NCBI GenBank assembly: GCA_030390025.1
Contig: CM059446.1
Location: 43,276,001 to 43,340,000, forward strand
DNA length: 64,000 nt
Reading direction: 5' to 3'
Source: Squalus acanthias
Taxonomy: Eukaryota
The notes below the pieces were generated by a model, which saw only the letters and a program-made list of their open reading frames with translations, was not told the origin of the DNA and made no database searches. Shown here in pieces: positions 37,291-50,887 of this stretch. Position 1 is the stretch's first letter. Each line of letters starts with the position of its first letter. Made by a program: the position numbers and the translations under genes.

Positions 37291-38332
37291 GATTCTAAAG
37301 CTGCTTGAACTTGTCAAACCGTTGTGACAGCAATTTAGTTTGGATTCTCAAGAGGTGATTCAGTTCTCTAGACCTCGGTGAACATTTTAAAGTGGTTACA
37401 TTTCAATCCCGTTGGTTTATTTTCTGTGTTTTTTTTAAATAAGTGACTTACATATTTATTACACGTGCTTCACTAGTACTAAGTTTTCCTGACCTTTGCA
37501 TTGTGATCAACAACATGCAGAATTGGCCTGTTGACGATCTCTGGGATATCTAGCTTAGTATTCCACAACTGGCCTCACCTCTGACATCAGTGGATTGGCT
37601 CCCAGCTGTATCTAGAGTTAAAATGGAGGTTGCCTGCAGGGAGCATAAAGACAAATCGAAACGCAGTGGCCTAGATATTCATTGATACGCCGGAAGTGCA
37701 TTGCCTGCCATATTGGCTGAAGCATCGGCGTCCAGGACCCACGCCTGAAACAGGCATTCGGCCCACTATTTGCATAACGTTTGTTATTGGGCTGCCCTCG
37801 CGGAGTGCTCCCCGCGGCTCCACAACAGTCCCAAAGACCATTGCCGGACACCTGCTGCACGTCCCCAGGCAACTCGCCGTCGAAGCGGAGATTTCTTTAC
37901 TCTTTTATATTGCCTGGCTTGTGTTGGAAGTAGCTCCCACACTTCTCCTTTAACTCTTCAAACTGTTTTTAAATTTGTACATAATATAATTCCGGTCTAA
38001 TAACTGATGTTTGTTAACCATTTCATACACCCTTCAGATCTCTTCAGATGGTGCTATCCAAATTCAGTCTGCTAATGGCATTAAAAAAAACATTCACTTG
38101 TCGAGAATATTCACTTGATTTGCATTGAAATATTAGCATGAGTGTTTTCTAGTTATCTTTGGATCTTTAAAGAACAAAATACTGCAAATGTTGGAAATCT
38201 GAAACATGAAAAAAGCTAGAAATACAATCAGCATTTGAAAGAACAACCAATCGACATTTCAGGGTTCGTCCCTTTCTTCGGAGCCGATAATCCTCAGCTA
38301 AAGGTCTTAGTAACAGACCAATATTTACAGAC

Positions 38333-39195
38333 CAGGCGATTTAGACAAGTTGGGTGAGTGGGCAAATACATGGCAGATGCAGTATAATTTGGATAAATGT
38401 GAAGTTATCTACTTTGGTAGGAAAAACAGAAAGGCAGAGTATTATTTAAATGGTGATAGATTGGGAAATGTGGATGTACAGAGGGACCTGGGTGTCCTTG
38501 TACACCAGTCACTGAAAGCAAACATGCAGGTGCAGCAAGCAGTTAGGAAGGCAAATGGTATGTTGGCCTTCATTGCAAGAGGATTTGAGTACAGGAGCAA
38601 GGATGCCTTACTACAGTTATACAGGGCCTTGGTGAGACCACACCTGGAGTACTGTGTGCAGTTTTGGTCTCCTTACCTAAGAAAGGATATACTTGCCATA
38701 GAGGGAGCGCAGCGAAGGTTCACCAGACTGATTCCTGGGATGGCAGGACTGTCATATGAGGAGAGATTGGGTCGACTAGGCCTGTATTCACTAGAGTTTA
38801 GAAGAATGAGAGGGGATCTCATTGAAACGTATAAAATTCTGACAGGGCTAGACAGACTAGATGCAGGGAGGATGTTTCCCCTGGCTGGGGGGTCTAGAAC
38901 GAGGGGTCACAGTCTCAGGATACGGGGTAGGACATTTAGGACTGAGATGAGGAGAAATTTCTTCACTCAGAGGGTGGTGAACCTGTGGAATTCTCTACCA
39001 CAGAAGGCTGTGGAGGCCAAGTCACTGAATATATTTACGAAGGAGATAGATTTTGAGACGCAAAAGGCATCAAGGGGTATGGGGAGAGAGCGGGAATATG
39101 GTATTGAGATAGAGGATCAGCCATGATCATATTGAATGGTGGAGCAGGCTTGAAGGGCCGAATGGCCTACTCCTGCTCCTATTTTTCTATGTTTC
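38333..39195 (+). mobile_element. CR1-clade LINE 3' fragment (HER1-like)
   Basis: 258-aa ORF with WQMQYNLDKC, RDLGVLV, LVRPHLEYCVQFWSP and VVNLWNSLP; tail gaagggccgaatggcctactcctgctcctatt. Confidence 0.93.
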
Positions 39196-40099
39196 AATAT
39201 ATCATCACCTTGATAATTCAAAACGACTAACGTGTGAAATGACAGTTGATTGTGAGCCTCAGAATCAGTTTTAAAGGCATATTTGAGGTTCAGTTACCAT
39301 CTCTTTTGTTTAATAAACAGAATATTTTGCCGGTGAATGGGAGTTCCAGGCATTCTTTCATCAGTACAGAAGACCATTATAACTTGGATGGATCCTGCAT
39401 TCTCTTCGGAGGCCTGACATAGCTCACTGTCACTGGTGAAATATTCTCTGGAGGATTTTGCTGGAATATCAAAACATTACTTTTGGCAACAGCTTTGGGT
39501 GGAGACTGTACATGTTGTAGAAGAGGTAGAGAACTGTGGATCTGAAAGTGAAAAATATGGAATCTTGGCAAGGAATATTCACTGAAGAGGTCATCTCTGT
39601 AAAAAAAAAAAAAAAAAACCTGCTTATACTGGTCTCTAATCTTCCTGATATAATGCTGTGTTGAGCATAAAAGGCTGGAATAAATAGCAACTGATACCCT
39701 AATCTTAGTATGGAGTAAAAATCTTTAATCCTCCAGATACTGGTTTTAAACAGAACCCCTCCCTCCAGGAAAGGAATATGAGTTCATCTATTGTTACTTG
39801 CTTATGCAGCTTCTAGCCACTTTTTTAACCATTTGGTTTACCAGTGCCCATACATCATTCGTTTTGATATCAGTTGACAAATTAGCTGATTGGAGAAAGT
39901 GCGTTGCAATGGGAATAAACCAAATTCCCATTAAATTAGTAACTCTGAACTCAATTTGACCCATGTGTAAGTGAGGTCCAAGTCATTGATTCTGATTTTT
40001 TTTTCTCTATCAAACTAAAACATCAAAAAAATCAACAAATATTACAGTAAAATGATTGTAGAGACAGGATTTCATAGTTTTAATCACTGTATTTATTCT

Positions 40100-40822
40100 A
40101 TTCCAGCAGTTACCAAACTGCCTTGTTCTCCTCTCTTCGGGCCTCCCTCGCCTGTCGTGCTCATGTCACGTAACTTTTGCCAACCACATTTCACAACCTG
40201 CCCAAAACCCCCAATAACGCACCACCCTGTAGAATGGCTGCATTCCTATGAAGAAGGCCCTCCTCCTAGTAAAACCCTACCCTCTCCACACTTCACTGTT
40301 TGTCCTGTAGCTCCCTCTTAAACGTTCATCAGACTTGTGTCCCTTGAAACGCACTAATTGCTTCCTTGAACCCTTCCCAATCTCGGCACTGGCCATCCAC
40401 TTCCCTTCCTCAGCTTCTTGCTGGCTGACCTCATCAATCAGTTCCTATTTCCTGATCATCTAGAAGGTCTTCATCTTCTTGTTCAAATCCCTCCATGGCC
40501 TTGCCATATCCTTTTTCTGCAATCTCCTCCAACCACATGTCCTTGCATGGTCACTCTACTCTTTAGATACTGATTTGCTTCTTGTTTCCCATGTCCTCTA
40601 ATCCAACCATTCCTTCAGGCACGTATGACCCAGTCTCTGGAACTCCCCAAATTCCCTCCAGCCCTCACTGTTTTCAAAAGCTGCCTTAAAACTGTTCTTT
40701 TTAACTGTGCTTTCACCTCCCCTCCTTAGCCCCTGTTTTTCCTCTTCTGCTTTGCAGCCACTTTGCTGTAAAGTGCTCTGAGACGTTCTCTACTGAGGAA
40801 CGCTATAGGAATATAAGTTATT
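40100..40822 (+). mobile_element. Very old L2-like fragment
   Basis: Residual ttcaaatccctccatggcc, ctctggaactccc and tail cgctat...tataagtt. Confidence 0.5.
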
Positions 40823-43800
40823 AAAGGTTACGGGAAAAGATATTCTGGAAGCAGAATTATGGGCAGAAGGGTTCTGTCTACTTTACATTTCAAAATCCCT
40901 ATAGACACTTTTACATTGAGAGTGTGCTGTCAGTAGCAGGCATGGTACTCCCACTGTCGCTGGCACACTTTAATATAAAGAACGTGACCCCATGACTCCC
41001 ACAGATGGAGATTTTGTGGGTGTAGTGAGCTTCTATCGAATTTTTGTACATAGCTCTGTGTATCCCTTAAGTTACACAGCACAGTTGTGAAAATGCACAT
41101 TATGTGGGTTTCCATTTAGAAATCAGCCTAAAACAACAGCAGCAGAAGAAAGAAAGGTAAATTGGGGAGAGCATCGCGTGGACATAGTGCTGCTTTCATA
41201 GGACTCGAACAGCAACATTAAAGGAATTCCTGTTCTTCCAAATGAGATTATTATTGTAAACTGTGCTATTGGCCAGGCCAAAAGTACACGATATCTTGAT
41301 CTTACAAGTAAACAGATGACAATGCACTATCACTTGTTACTGATACTCCCTGCAGCTAAATTTACTTTCTTTGAAAAGTAGGAACCATGACAGCATTCTT
41401 ACAGCACAAGTACCCCCATGGCTACCTTCCCTTTATTGTTCTGAATGGCAGCATTTACTATAGGCAAGCATGTTCCTATTGTACACCTGTCTGCATTATG
41501 CTGGGAGATATGTGTCCCATTTGTTCTGGTAGTAAGTGTTTTTATTTTGATCTTGCATAGACTTCAAACATTCAAAGACCTGAGGCATTACTACACTTTA
41601 GAGTTTCTTCGGAGGAATGTATTTGTGTCAACTCCTCATTTTTAATGTTGTTAAAACTCCCTTATCGCAATGAGCAGAATCATAGATCTACACTTTCATG
41701 TGTATTGACGACACTCTCCCACAATAAGCGCTAAATGTGAAAGTGCCTTTGGTCTTTCTTGAAATACACCTGTTGTAACTGAATCGAGATGTAAGCCCTA
41801 TTTCCATTGACCTATATGTTCAGATAATGCTGTGTTTGTATTGATGAATAGTCACAGGTGGCCACGGCCATGCAGTGAGGCATTGCTACTGCCGCTGGCT
41901 GCACAGGGACCCAGATCAAGTGGTGGTTCTCCTCGCACTGCTGAAGGTAAAGTACCAGCAGTGACAAACGTAAGGCACTTTTACCTTTTAGGGTCCATGG
42001 TGATCAGGTACAGGAAGAGTAATGCTAAAATGCCTGCACTTCCAATCTCTCTGGAGGCTAATTGGTTATTGGTCCCAATCCCATGGACCTTGAATTTCTG
42101 CACTCGGGTAGCACATCATTGCTTCTGCATAATGTGTTGCAACACTGAATCACTTCCATGTGTGAAAATGATCATATCGTGACGGCATTATCACAATACA
42201 AGCAAGCGGATGCACTGAACCAGCCCTGTAATTTAGTTGGTCAGTGAGAGAAGTCATTGGCCGACAGATTTCAAAACCTGGGGAAAAAGTGAGTCACGGC
42301 AGCCATCAGCTGTCTGGAGTTACGTCAGTTTACACTGAGATGTACTGTCAACTGTGCAAGGCCTGCCGATAGTTGGCAGCGCTGTGGTCAGCTGAAAGCA
42401 CCTGTAAGCTTCTGCTGCCAATGACTCTACTCTGGATGCCATGTATATCCATTTTGTTTTTGCCGAGGCAGTGTTGAGTTCTTATTCTTTTGGCAGTACT
42501 TCGGTTTTGGCATTGCCGGCCTGAAAGGACCTTTGCTGACATCTGGGGAAGGTCTGCAGCCAAACACTTGGTCACAATCTCAACTCGGAAGCAATGAGTA
42601 GTGTGTTGAAAGCACCAGCCGCCTCAACACTTGGTATAAACACATCAGCAGTTTCTATGTAGATATTGTTATGCAATTACAAGTGTGAAGATGCACAATC
42701 CCTTTTTTGTTACTTTTTTTCTACATTTCCTGTATTTTCTGAGCTCTCTCCCTTTTCATGTAATCATAGAATCCCAACCCCAAGCTGCACAGAAAAGAGG
42801 GGAGGTAAAACTTCTAAAATGGGGAGGAGAGAAAGATTTTTTATTTTAATTTTTTGGGGGGGGGGGGGGTGGATTGAATTTTGGTACTCGAGGTAAGGAA
42901 TGTCAGTGAGGAACTCGACGTATTTTCAGGAACAAGCTCTCCCAGATCAGGCATAGCTTGGCCATTGGCTGAGTGAAGCTTCCTGTTTTCTGCCCCATGA
43001 ATGTATTTTTTTTTAATTCTCTCCTGATTATACCGACTCATGCTGGGATGTGGTTTGACAGGCACAGGCTGACTTTTCAGTACTTCCTTTGTGAGTCTGT
43101 GAGTTCTGACAGGCCATTCAGTCATGTAGGCTAATCACAGCATCAGCAATGAACCCAATACTGTTGTCCCAATGTCCACACAAACAAGCTTCCCACTAAT
43201 AACTTATCATGAGCAGGAAATATGACTAATTTCGTTCCCACCCCCCCCCCCCCCCCCCCCAACCTCTCCTCTCTAGCACAGTGACATTTAGCCCAATTAT
43301 AAATGCCCTTATTAATATCCTGGCAAAGATCAGCGAATTCAGCTCAGTCTGGGATTAAACCCAGGATTTTTCTGGTCATTAAGGTCCAATACTTCATAGT
43401 TTCAATCTTTTGCACGTGTACCTGTTACAGTTAGCATGCTGTTTGACGGTGGGGACCATATATATCTGTTACACACTACGCTGACCACTATAGCATTTAC
43501 AAATATTACCAGTGGTGTCTCCTGTGATCTCAAGGTGCAGCTGAATGGCAAAGGGTAGAAGCTTACTTTTGAGAGATAATAAACTAATGTTGCGGGTGAT
43601 GCTCTTAAAACGGATTTCAGCTTTTTTGGCAGTGAAGTTGAATAAGTGCTTTTTTTTTGTACACTTGTTAGTGGCTTTGGTATGTAATGCAATGGAAAGA
43701 TGAGGCTTGAAGTAACTGCAGAGGGGGGCTCCTTGCCCAGGAACAATTGTAACCATTTAATCTGACAGTGAAGAAGCTGCCATTTTAGATCACTACACAA

Positions 43801-45552
43801 CTGTGTTTTTGGTTCTACCTGATTGGTTTCAAAACTAACCAGGTGACCAGAGTTTCCCATCCCTATTTGATTTGTTACAGGCAAAATGAACCGATAGTCA
43901 CATTGGCCTAGATTAATAACACTTTCATGAAAGTGATCAACCTTTTTGTTGGCTTATCAGCTATTATTTCTCATATTTTGTAGTTTGTAATGGAGCCAGT
44001 TTTGCCCTGTTTGAGCGCGATTACTGTTAGTTCAAAGGGTCTTCGTTGTCCATTTGTTGCTGTGTTTCTAAAGAGTTGATGCACAAGGCAGGTGTGTCAG
44101 TAATATATAATGCGCTGTCAAGAAGCTTTTCTTCCCTAGAAAAATCAGCATGCAGGAGTTTAACTTTCCTTTCAAAAATGTGCCAGTTTACAGAGATGGT
44201 AAGTGTTGTTAATTTTAGATTCAAAAGCCAGATTGGAGTATGATAACATTGGTGAACTACTTTGATCTGAGTCCTTTTAGTATATATTCTTACAATTGAC
44301 ATTTTGACCAGATGGGATCCTCCTTCACCAACTGCATCTGTTGCAAGTCCTATCTAGTTACAATGAGCGGTGAAAGTTTTACTCATGATGAAGGCATGCA
44401 ATGTGGAACCCTGGTGGTTTATGTAATGTTTGTAGTGCAGAAATGTAAGGAAGGATTAGGAGTGAATAATTCTGTAATGAACTGTCAGCCTGCACAACCT
44501 CAAAATGATCAATGAGAAAGTGGCTATTGGTGACAAAAAAAAACTACAATAAAAAATGCAGATAACTCCGATCTTATCTAAGGAACATAGACCCAGAAAT
44601 TCCCTGGCCTCTTCTCCACCGGAAGCGCAGAGGAGTAGGACTCTGGGGCTGCCTACACCAAGGGGTGGTGACCTTATCCCAGATCCTGGGGACATGATCA
44701 TTTAAACAGTCAGGGAAGGTGGCCCATGCTTGCAGTGGTACTGCAGGGGCACCTGTCCTGAACAAGTGCCGGGAAATCGGCGATGCACCGTGCCACTGTG
44801 ATTGGGGGAACCAGAGATCCTTTATGGACTGAAGAGGAAATTTCAAATTTCAAAGAAAATGCTTTGCTGTTCCGAGTTTAAAAGTTGTGGCCATATTAGG
44901 CAATCAACCCCCTCTGAGATCGATTATCATTCCTTCCTCAGCTATTTGGGGCCTTTACTAGGCCCACAACGGAACCCACATCTACTCTCAGCAGGTGTGA
45001 CTTCCATTGAAACTGTCAGGTGGTGTACAGGCTGGGATTCCTGGGAATGATCCCGGTGCTTTCAACAGATTTGTGGAGTCTCACCCACCCCATCTCCCGA
45101 TTTGAAAATTGGGCCGCAGCATGTATGAAACAGAAATCCAGTGGATCTGGGTTCTGTCCCAAATTCTGGCCTCCTAGGGATGAACCACTGTTGCCCTCCT
45201 ACCCCCAGTTATGCCCTACCACGCCACTGGAATTTCAGGGCCATGGTTTCTATGGTAAAGCTCAAAGACTAATATATTCCTTTTAAAAACTCAACACCTT
45301 GCTTTTCCCTCCTCCTTAGCGCAGGATTACTGAGACCCAATGAGACTAACTTGGTCAATACGGTTCAGTGGTGCATTCACCCACTAACCAATTGGAGGAG
45401 CCACTTTGTGTTGTTTTAATGCACTCAATGGGAGTGATTGTGTGTGTGTATTTTGTCTTGAGCAAGAAGTCTCTTTATATTTATATATTACTGTTGAAAT
45501 CTTATTGAAATATTAAAATCTCACAGCTTTTATTACTAAATGATTCTAACAG

Positions 45553-45759
45553 AGCAAAAATGCACTGGAGCAAGAAAAAATTGCAGCCAAACAAGCAAAG
45601 AACACTGCGGAGGATCACGTGAAAAATCTCACGGATGAAAATGAGACCCTGAAGAGAAAAATTGTGCAACTACAGGCTGAAATTGATGAACTCAATCAAA
45701 TCATTTATAAAATGAAGATAGAAGAGAACAGGTTGAAGGATAAACTCACACGTCTGGAG
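45553..45759 (+). CDS. CGNL1: CGNL1 internal exon F
   Basis: ttctaacag|AGC ... GAG|gtaatg. 207 bp; SKNALEQEKIAAKQAKNTAEDHVKNLTDENETLKRKIVQLQAEIDELNQIIYKMKIEENRLKDKLTRLE, heptad coiled coil, phase 0/0. Confidence 0.9.
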
Positions 45760-45782
45760 GTAATGCAGCCGCAAAGACACTG

Positions 45783-45855
45783 TGAAACATTAACTCTGTT
45801 TCTCTCTCCAGATGCTGCCTGACCTGCTGAGTATTTCCAGCATTTTCTGTTTTGA
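45783..45855 (+). mobile_element. Short PLE-derived module (hammerhead 3' half plus tail)
   Basis: gaaacattaactctgtttctctctcca...gatgctgcctgacctgctgagtatttccagcattttctg, homologous to 58273-58346; begins about 24 bp after the exon F donor. Confidence 0.7.
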
Positions 45856-46041
45856 TTGCATTAGTCACTGTTCCTTTCCTGGCAATTCTACTGCTTTGGA
45901 GAAACATAAGCGCCATCTGAAACAGATTCAAACTCGTGTGTCCGAGTTGAGAGTGTCAGCATTCCAATATAGCAACATTATGTCTCATTAAACTTCGATT
46001 CAGAGATAAACTTAAAGACTCTTCCACTATAACTTTTACAG

Positions 46042-46146
46042 CACGAGAAGAAGCAGCTGGAAGCTGCCTTGAGAGAAATTGGAGACCAGGAACAGGACAT
46101 TTCACTCGCAAAAAGAGCCTTGGAGAGCCGGCTGGAAGATGTCCAG
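46042..46146 (+). CDS. CGNL1: CGNL1 internal exon G
   Basis: aacttttacag|CAC ... CAG|gtactt. 105 bp; HEKKQLEAALREIGDQEQDISLAKRALESRLEDVQ. Confidence 0.9.
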
Positions 46147-46994
46147 GTACTTAGCTGAGCTTCAAGCAGTGCACCAATAAATAAAATAAAACCAAGTTAA
46201 AGGAGGACTATTCTTGAGAGTGAATTGCTTTCAATGTAAAGTTATCCCCATAAGCCTTGGCCTTGATATTACGCTGTGGGGTAATAGGTATGGACACTAA
46301 AATAGCAGAGGGAGGCATTCATATCTATTATTCCACTATACAATTACTAGACACTTAAAAAGAAATGTAATTTCTCCATCTGAGAAGAGAAATTCTAATT
46401 TTCCAAGTCTGCGAGCCACCTATTGAAGATCTACCATGTTCAGTCTTTTGGACAGAAAAGAACTATTAAGGCGATTATGTTGATTAGGGCTTCGTATCCT
46501 TCCTGCTCCTGGGTGTGAATCCCAGTGCTAATTACCTGACCATTAGTGAATCTGTAATTGCGTTGACACTGGGATCAGCATCAATGACTGGGAAACATGC
46601 TGATCATAACAAAACCTACCGAATGATTAATGTAATTCAGTGGTCTTTTCTAGCGGGGAGGCCTGACTGGCGGGTATCTAGCAGGCCCCCTTCTGACTCC
46701 AAAATTTGGAATTTCTCCTCTCAAATAGAAATATTTACAGATCGGCTTATCGCACAATGTTTATGGGAAATACTTTAGAATATAAGTATGACTCACCACG
46801 GTATTGCTACCTATTCAAATACAGTAATTGTACTTGTAAAAGCTACTGGTTAATTAGTGACTAGTTTTATGGCACATTTATATTATAGAACTTCTTCCTG
46901 AAGTGGTTCTGCAAAACTAACTCTGAGCAATGTAGGAGCGTTGCTCAGGGAATGCTCCCACATTGGAGCATTCTAGGGAAGAGATAGCAGAGGC

Positions 46995-48490
46995 ATTACT
47001 ACACATGTTTAATAATTCATTAGAAAAAGGTATAGTGCAGAGGACTGGCAGATAGCTAAGTTAATACCTATATTTAAGAAGGGAGATAGAACATGTCCAG
47101 GGAACTATAGACCAGTCAGCTTAACATTGGTGGTAGGAAAAATAATAGAATCCCTACTAAAGGAAAAAATAGAAGAACATCTAGAAGCCAAAAATATAAT
47201 AATGAATAGTCAGCATGGATTTCAAAAGGGAAAGTCTTGCTTGACCAACCTCTTTGAATTTTTTTAAGCGGTAACAGAGAGCATAGTCAAGGGTAATGCA
47301 GTAGATGTAATTTATCTAGATTTTCAAAAGGCCTTCGATAAGGTACCACATAATAGACTAATGAATAAGGTCGGGGACAAGTAGCAGAATGGATAGTTAG
47401 CTGGCTTCAAGACAGAAAGCAGAGAGTAGGGGTAAAGGGTAGCTATTCACAGTGGCAGGAAGTGGGTAGTGGTGTTCCACAAGGATCAGTGCTGGGACCA
47501 CTGTTGTTCACAATTTATATTGACAATTTAAACCTTGGAATCAAAAACAAAATTTCTAAATTTGCGGATGACACCAAATTGGGGGGATAGTCAATACTGA
47601 GCAGGACTGCAACAAATTACAGGAAGATATTAATAAACTTGCAGAATGGGCATATAATTGGCAAATGAAATTCAACGCAGATAAATGTGAGGTATTACGT
47701 TTTGGTAGGAAGAACAGGGAGGTCACATTACTTGGAGGGTGCGAGTCTGGGTGGGGTAGAGGAGCAAAGGGATCTCGGAGTACAAATACACAAATCACTA
47801 CAAGTAGCGACACAGGTTAACAAGGGCATAAAAAAAAAGCAAACCAGGCACTAGGGTTTATTTCTAGAGGGATAGAATTGAAAAGTAGTGAAGTTATGCT
47901 AAACTTGTATCGAACCTTGGTTAGACCACACTTGGAGTACTGCGTACAATTCTGGTCACCATATTATAAAAAGGATATAGAGGCACTGGAGAGTGTACAG
48001 AGAAGATTTACAAGAATGATACCAGAAATGCAAGGGTATACCTATCAGAAAAGGATGAACAGGCTGGGTTTCTTTTCTCTTGAAAAAAGAAGGCTGAGGG
48101 GGTGACCTAATAAAGGTCTTTAAAATTATGAAAGGTTTTGATAGAGTAGATACAGAGAGAGTGTTTCCACTTGTGGGGAAGAGCAAAACTAGAGGCCATT
48201 AATATAAGATAGTCACCAAGAATTCAAATAGGGAATTCAGAAGAAACTTCTTTACCCAGAGAGTGGTGAGAATGTGGAACTCGCTACCACAGGGAGCAGT
48301 TGAGGCAAATAGTATAGATGCATTAAAGAGGAGGCTAGATAAGCATATGAGGGAGAAGGGAATGGAGGGTTATGTTGATTTGGTTAGATGAGGAAAGACG
48401 GGAGGAGGCTCGAGTGGAGCATAAACTCAGGCATGGGCTGTTTGGGCCGAATGGCCTGTTTCTGTGCCGTATATCCTATGTAATCCTATG
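46995..48490 (+). mobile_element. CR1-clade LINE, RT to 3' end, frameshifted
   Basis: GNYRPVSLT, QHGFQKGKSCLTNL, YLDFQKAFDKVPH, GVPQGSVLGP, KFADDTK, LVRPHLEYCVQFWSP; tail gggccgaatggcctgtttctgtg...(atcctatg)2. Confidence 0.93.
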
Positions 48491-48736
48491 AGCTGCATTT
48501 GTCTTAGAACAACTGAGCTTGTGTATGGTTTAAAGTTGCTGTTTGTGACTATTTAGCTGGGGAATGTCCATATAAGACAGTGATCCCAAAACCACTTTGC
48601 TGGATTATACAGAGTAGGCATGAGCACTTCAGTCACCTTAGGTGGCCAAAGGACATGGCTTATTATTAGCAAGAAGCCCGTTTTGTATTTACATTACAGC
48701 CTGGAGTGGCAGAATCCATAACTACCTCTTTTGGTG

Positions 48737-49567
48737 GAGTATTGGGAAAACCAAAGCCATTGTCTTCGGTCACTGCCACAAAGTCTGTTCCCTAGCCACC
48801 GGTTCCATCCCTGTCCCTGGCCACTGTCTAAGGCTGAACCAGACTATTCGCAACCTTGGCGTCCTATTTGACACTGAGCTGAGCTGAGCTTTCGACCTTG
48901 TATTCCTCTCCATCATCAATACCAACATTGCCCGTCTCCGTCCCTGCTTCTGCTCATCCGCTGCTGAAACCCTCATCCATGCCTTGGTTACCTCTAGACT
49001 TGACTATTTCAATGCTCTTCTGGCCGGCCTCCCACCTTGCACCCTCCGTATACTTGAGTTCATCTAAAACTCTGCTGCCCGTTTTCTAATTTGTGCCAAG
49101 TCCCATTCACCCATCAGCCCTGTGCTCGCTGACCTACATTGGCTCCGGGTTGGGCAATGCCTATATTTTAAAATTCTCATCCTTGTTTTCAAATCACTCC
49201 ATGGCCTTGCTCCTCCCTATCTCTCTAACCTCCTCCAGCCCTACAACCCTCCTAGATCTCTGCACTCCTCCGATTCTGGCCTCTTTCACATCTCTGATTT
49301 TAATCACTCCACCATTGGCACCTGTGCCTTCAGCTGCCTAGGACCCAAGCTCTGGAATTCCATCCCTAAACCTTTCCGCCTCTCTACCTCTCTCGCCTCC
49401 TTTAAGACGCTCTTTAAAACCTACCTCGTTGACCAAACTTTTGATCACCTGTCCTAATATCTTCTTATGTGGCTCGGCGTCAAATTGTGTTTGATAACAC
49501 TCCTGTGAAGCACCTTGGGACGTTTTACTATGTTTAAAGCGCTGTATAAATAAAAGTTGTTCTTGTT
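48737..49567 (+). mobile_element. L2-clade LINE 3' fragment
   Basis: IGKTKAIVFG, RNLGVLFD, FKILILVFKSLHGLAPPYL, GPKLWNSIP; L2-type tail. Confidence 0.88.
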
Positions 49568-50734
49568 GGAACCCAAAATAGAGACTCTGGTTTTGGGGCT
49601 GTGTGAGAGAGTCAGGAGACTGGACTCCAAACTGTTGATGTTTATGAGGAGGAAGGGGATCATTGTGCAAGCACAGGACACGTCTGATGCTCAAGCAACG
49701 TTTAAATTTCTAACAAGCGAGCGAAGACGCACAACAGCTGGCCTCATCCCGCCACACCGCCTCTCCAGGGATTTGGAGTAGGACTCGCAGGATCAGTGTT
49801 TGAATAGGCTTTATGCGATTCAATCACGCAACATGGGCTGTCAGCCTGAACTGGAAATTTTAACTTCGGAATGTGGATCAGAGGCTCCAGGCATCACCAA
49901 CAGATGAGAGTTGTACTTTGAGATGGGCGGCACTAACACTGATCTCGTCCAGTGTAAAAGCAGCTTAAAGTACATGTTTTCTTGTAATTCATCTATGACT
50001 AAAGAAAAGTGTTAGCCGTGGAGCAAAGATTTTGTCAAAGGAAGGCAAGATTCACAACAGTGCCCTTATAGATATAATGAAGGAGCACTGAATTAGCTCA
50101 TGGGGATAATGATTACACTGACAACCAATTATGTCACACATCTGTGAGAAATCCTCTCTACGGAGACATTGCCTCCACACACAGACCTCCTCTGTGAGGT
50201 CCACGTACTGTAGTTCTGTCTTGGCTAATGTAACCATTTTGTGGAGTACAGATAGCTTCTCCTGATGCAGCTCTGATGTATCCTGATCTCCCCGACCACC
50301 CTCTCCTGCTCCTCATTGCTCCTTGTCCCAGTCTTCAATCAGTGCACCAAAGTATGCTGAATCCTGAGGTTGACCAGAGAGAACAAGGACTCCTTGTGCA
50401 ATTTTGCATCTTATTTGCTTTTCTGTATGATATTGTCTCTGCAGCTTCAATGCCAGGTTTTATCAGATGCGTTATATCCGCTCTAGTTCGCTAAGTGCGC
50501 AATATTGCATGATGTAGGTTTAATTGGCTATACCCTACTAAAACCCACAACTTGTGGTAATGCGTATAAAAGGCAGTAACACCTACAAGTAATTTCTTTG
50601 TGATGTACAGGTAGCACATAACCCAGCCTTAGTTCAAACATGAGCATATTCTGCATTGGCACTTAATTTGCGCGTGCAATAACTCTTAAAATAATGAGTA
50701 ATTTTAGCTGCTTAATATTTTTCTAATTTTACAG

Positions 50735-50887
50735 AGAAACCTCAACAAGCGATCACAGGAGTATCAGGAGTTAAATGAAAGACTTACAACAGAGACAGTT
50801 CAGAAAGATCTTTTAAAGAAAACAAAGAATGAAATGGAGGATGAGAGAAGGCAATTGGAGAAGACAGTTGAAAAGCTTCAGAAAGAG
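50735..50887 (+). CDS. CGNL1: CGNL1 internal exon H
   Basis: ctaattttacag|AGA ... GAG|gttgga. 153 bp; RNLNKRSQEYQELNERLTTETVQKDLLKKTKNEMEDERRQLEKTVEKLQKE. Confidence 0.92.

Noticed and set aside
44590-44790. Possible second Myb/SANT remnant (KVAHACSGTAGAPVLNKCREI)
   Set aside because: Too degenerate to support without a profile search.
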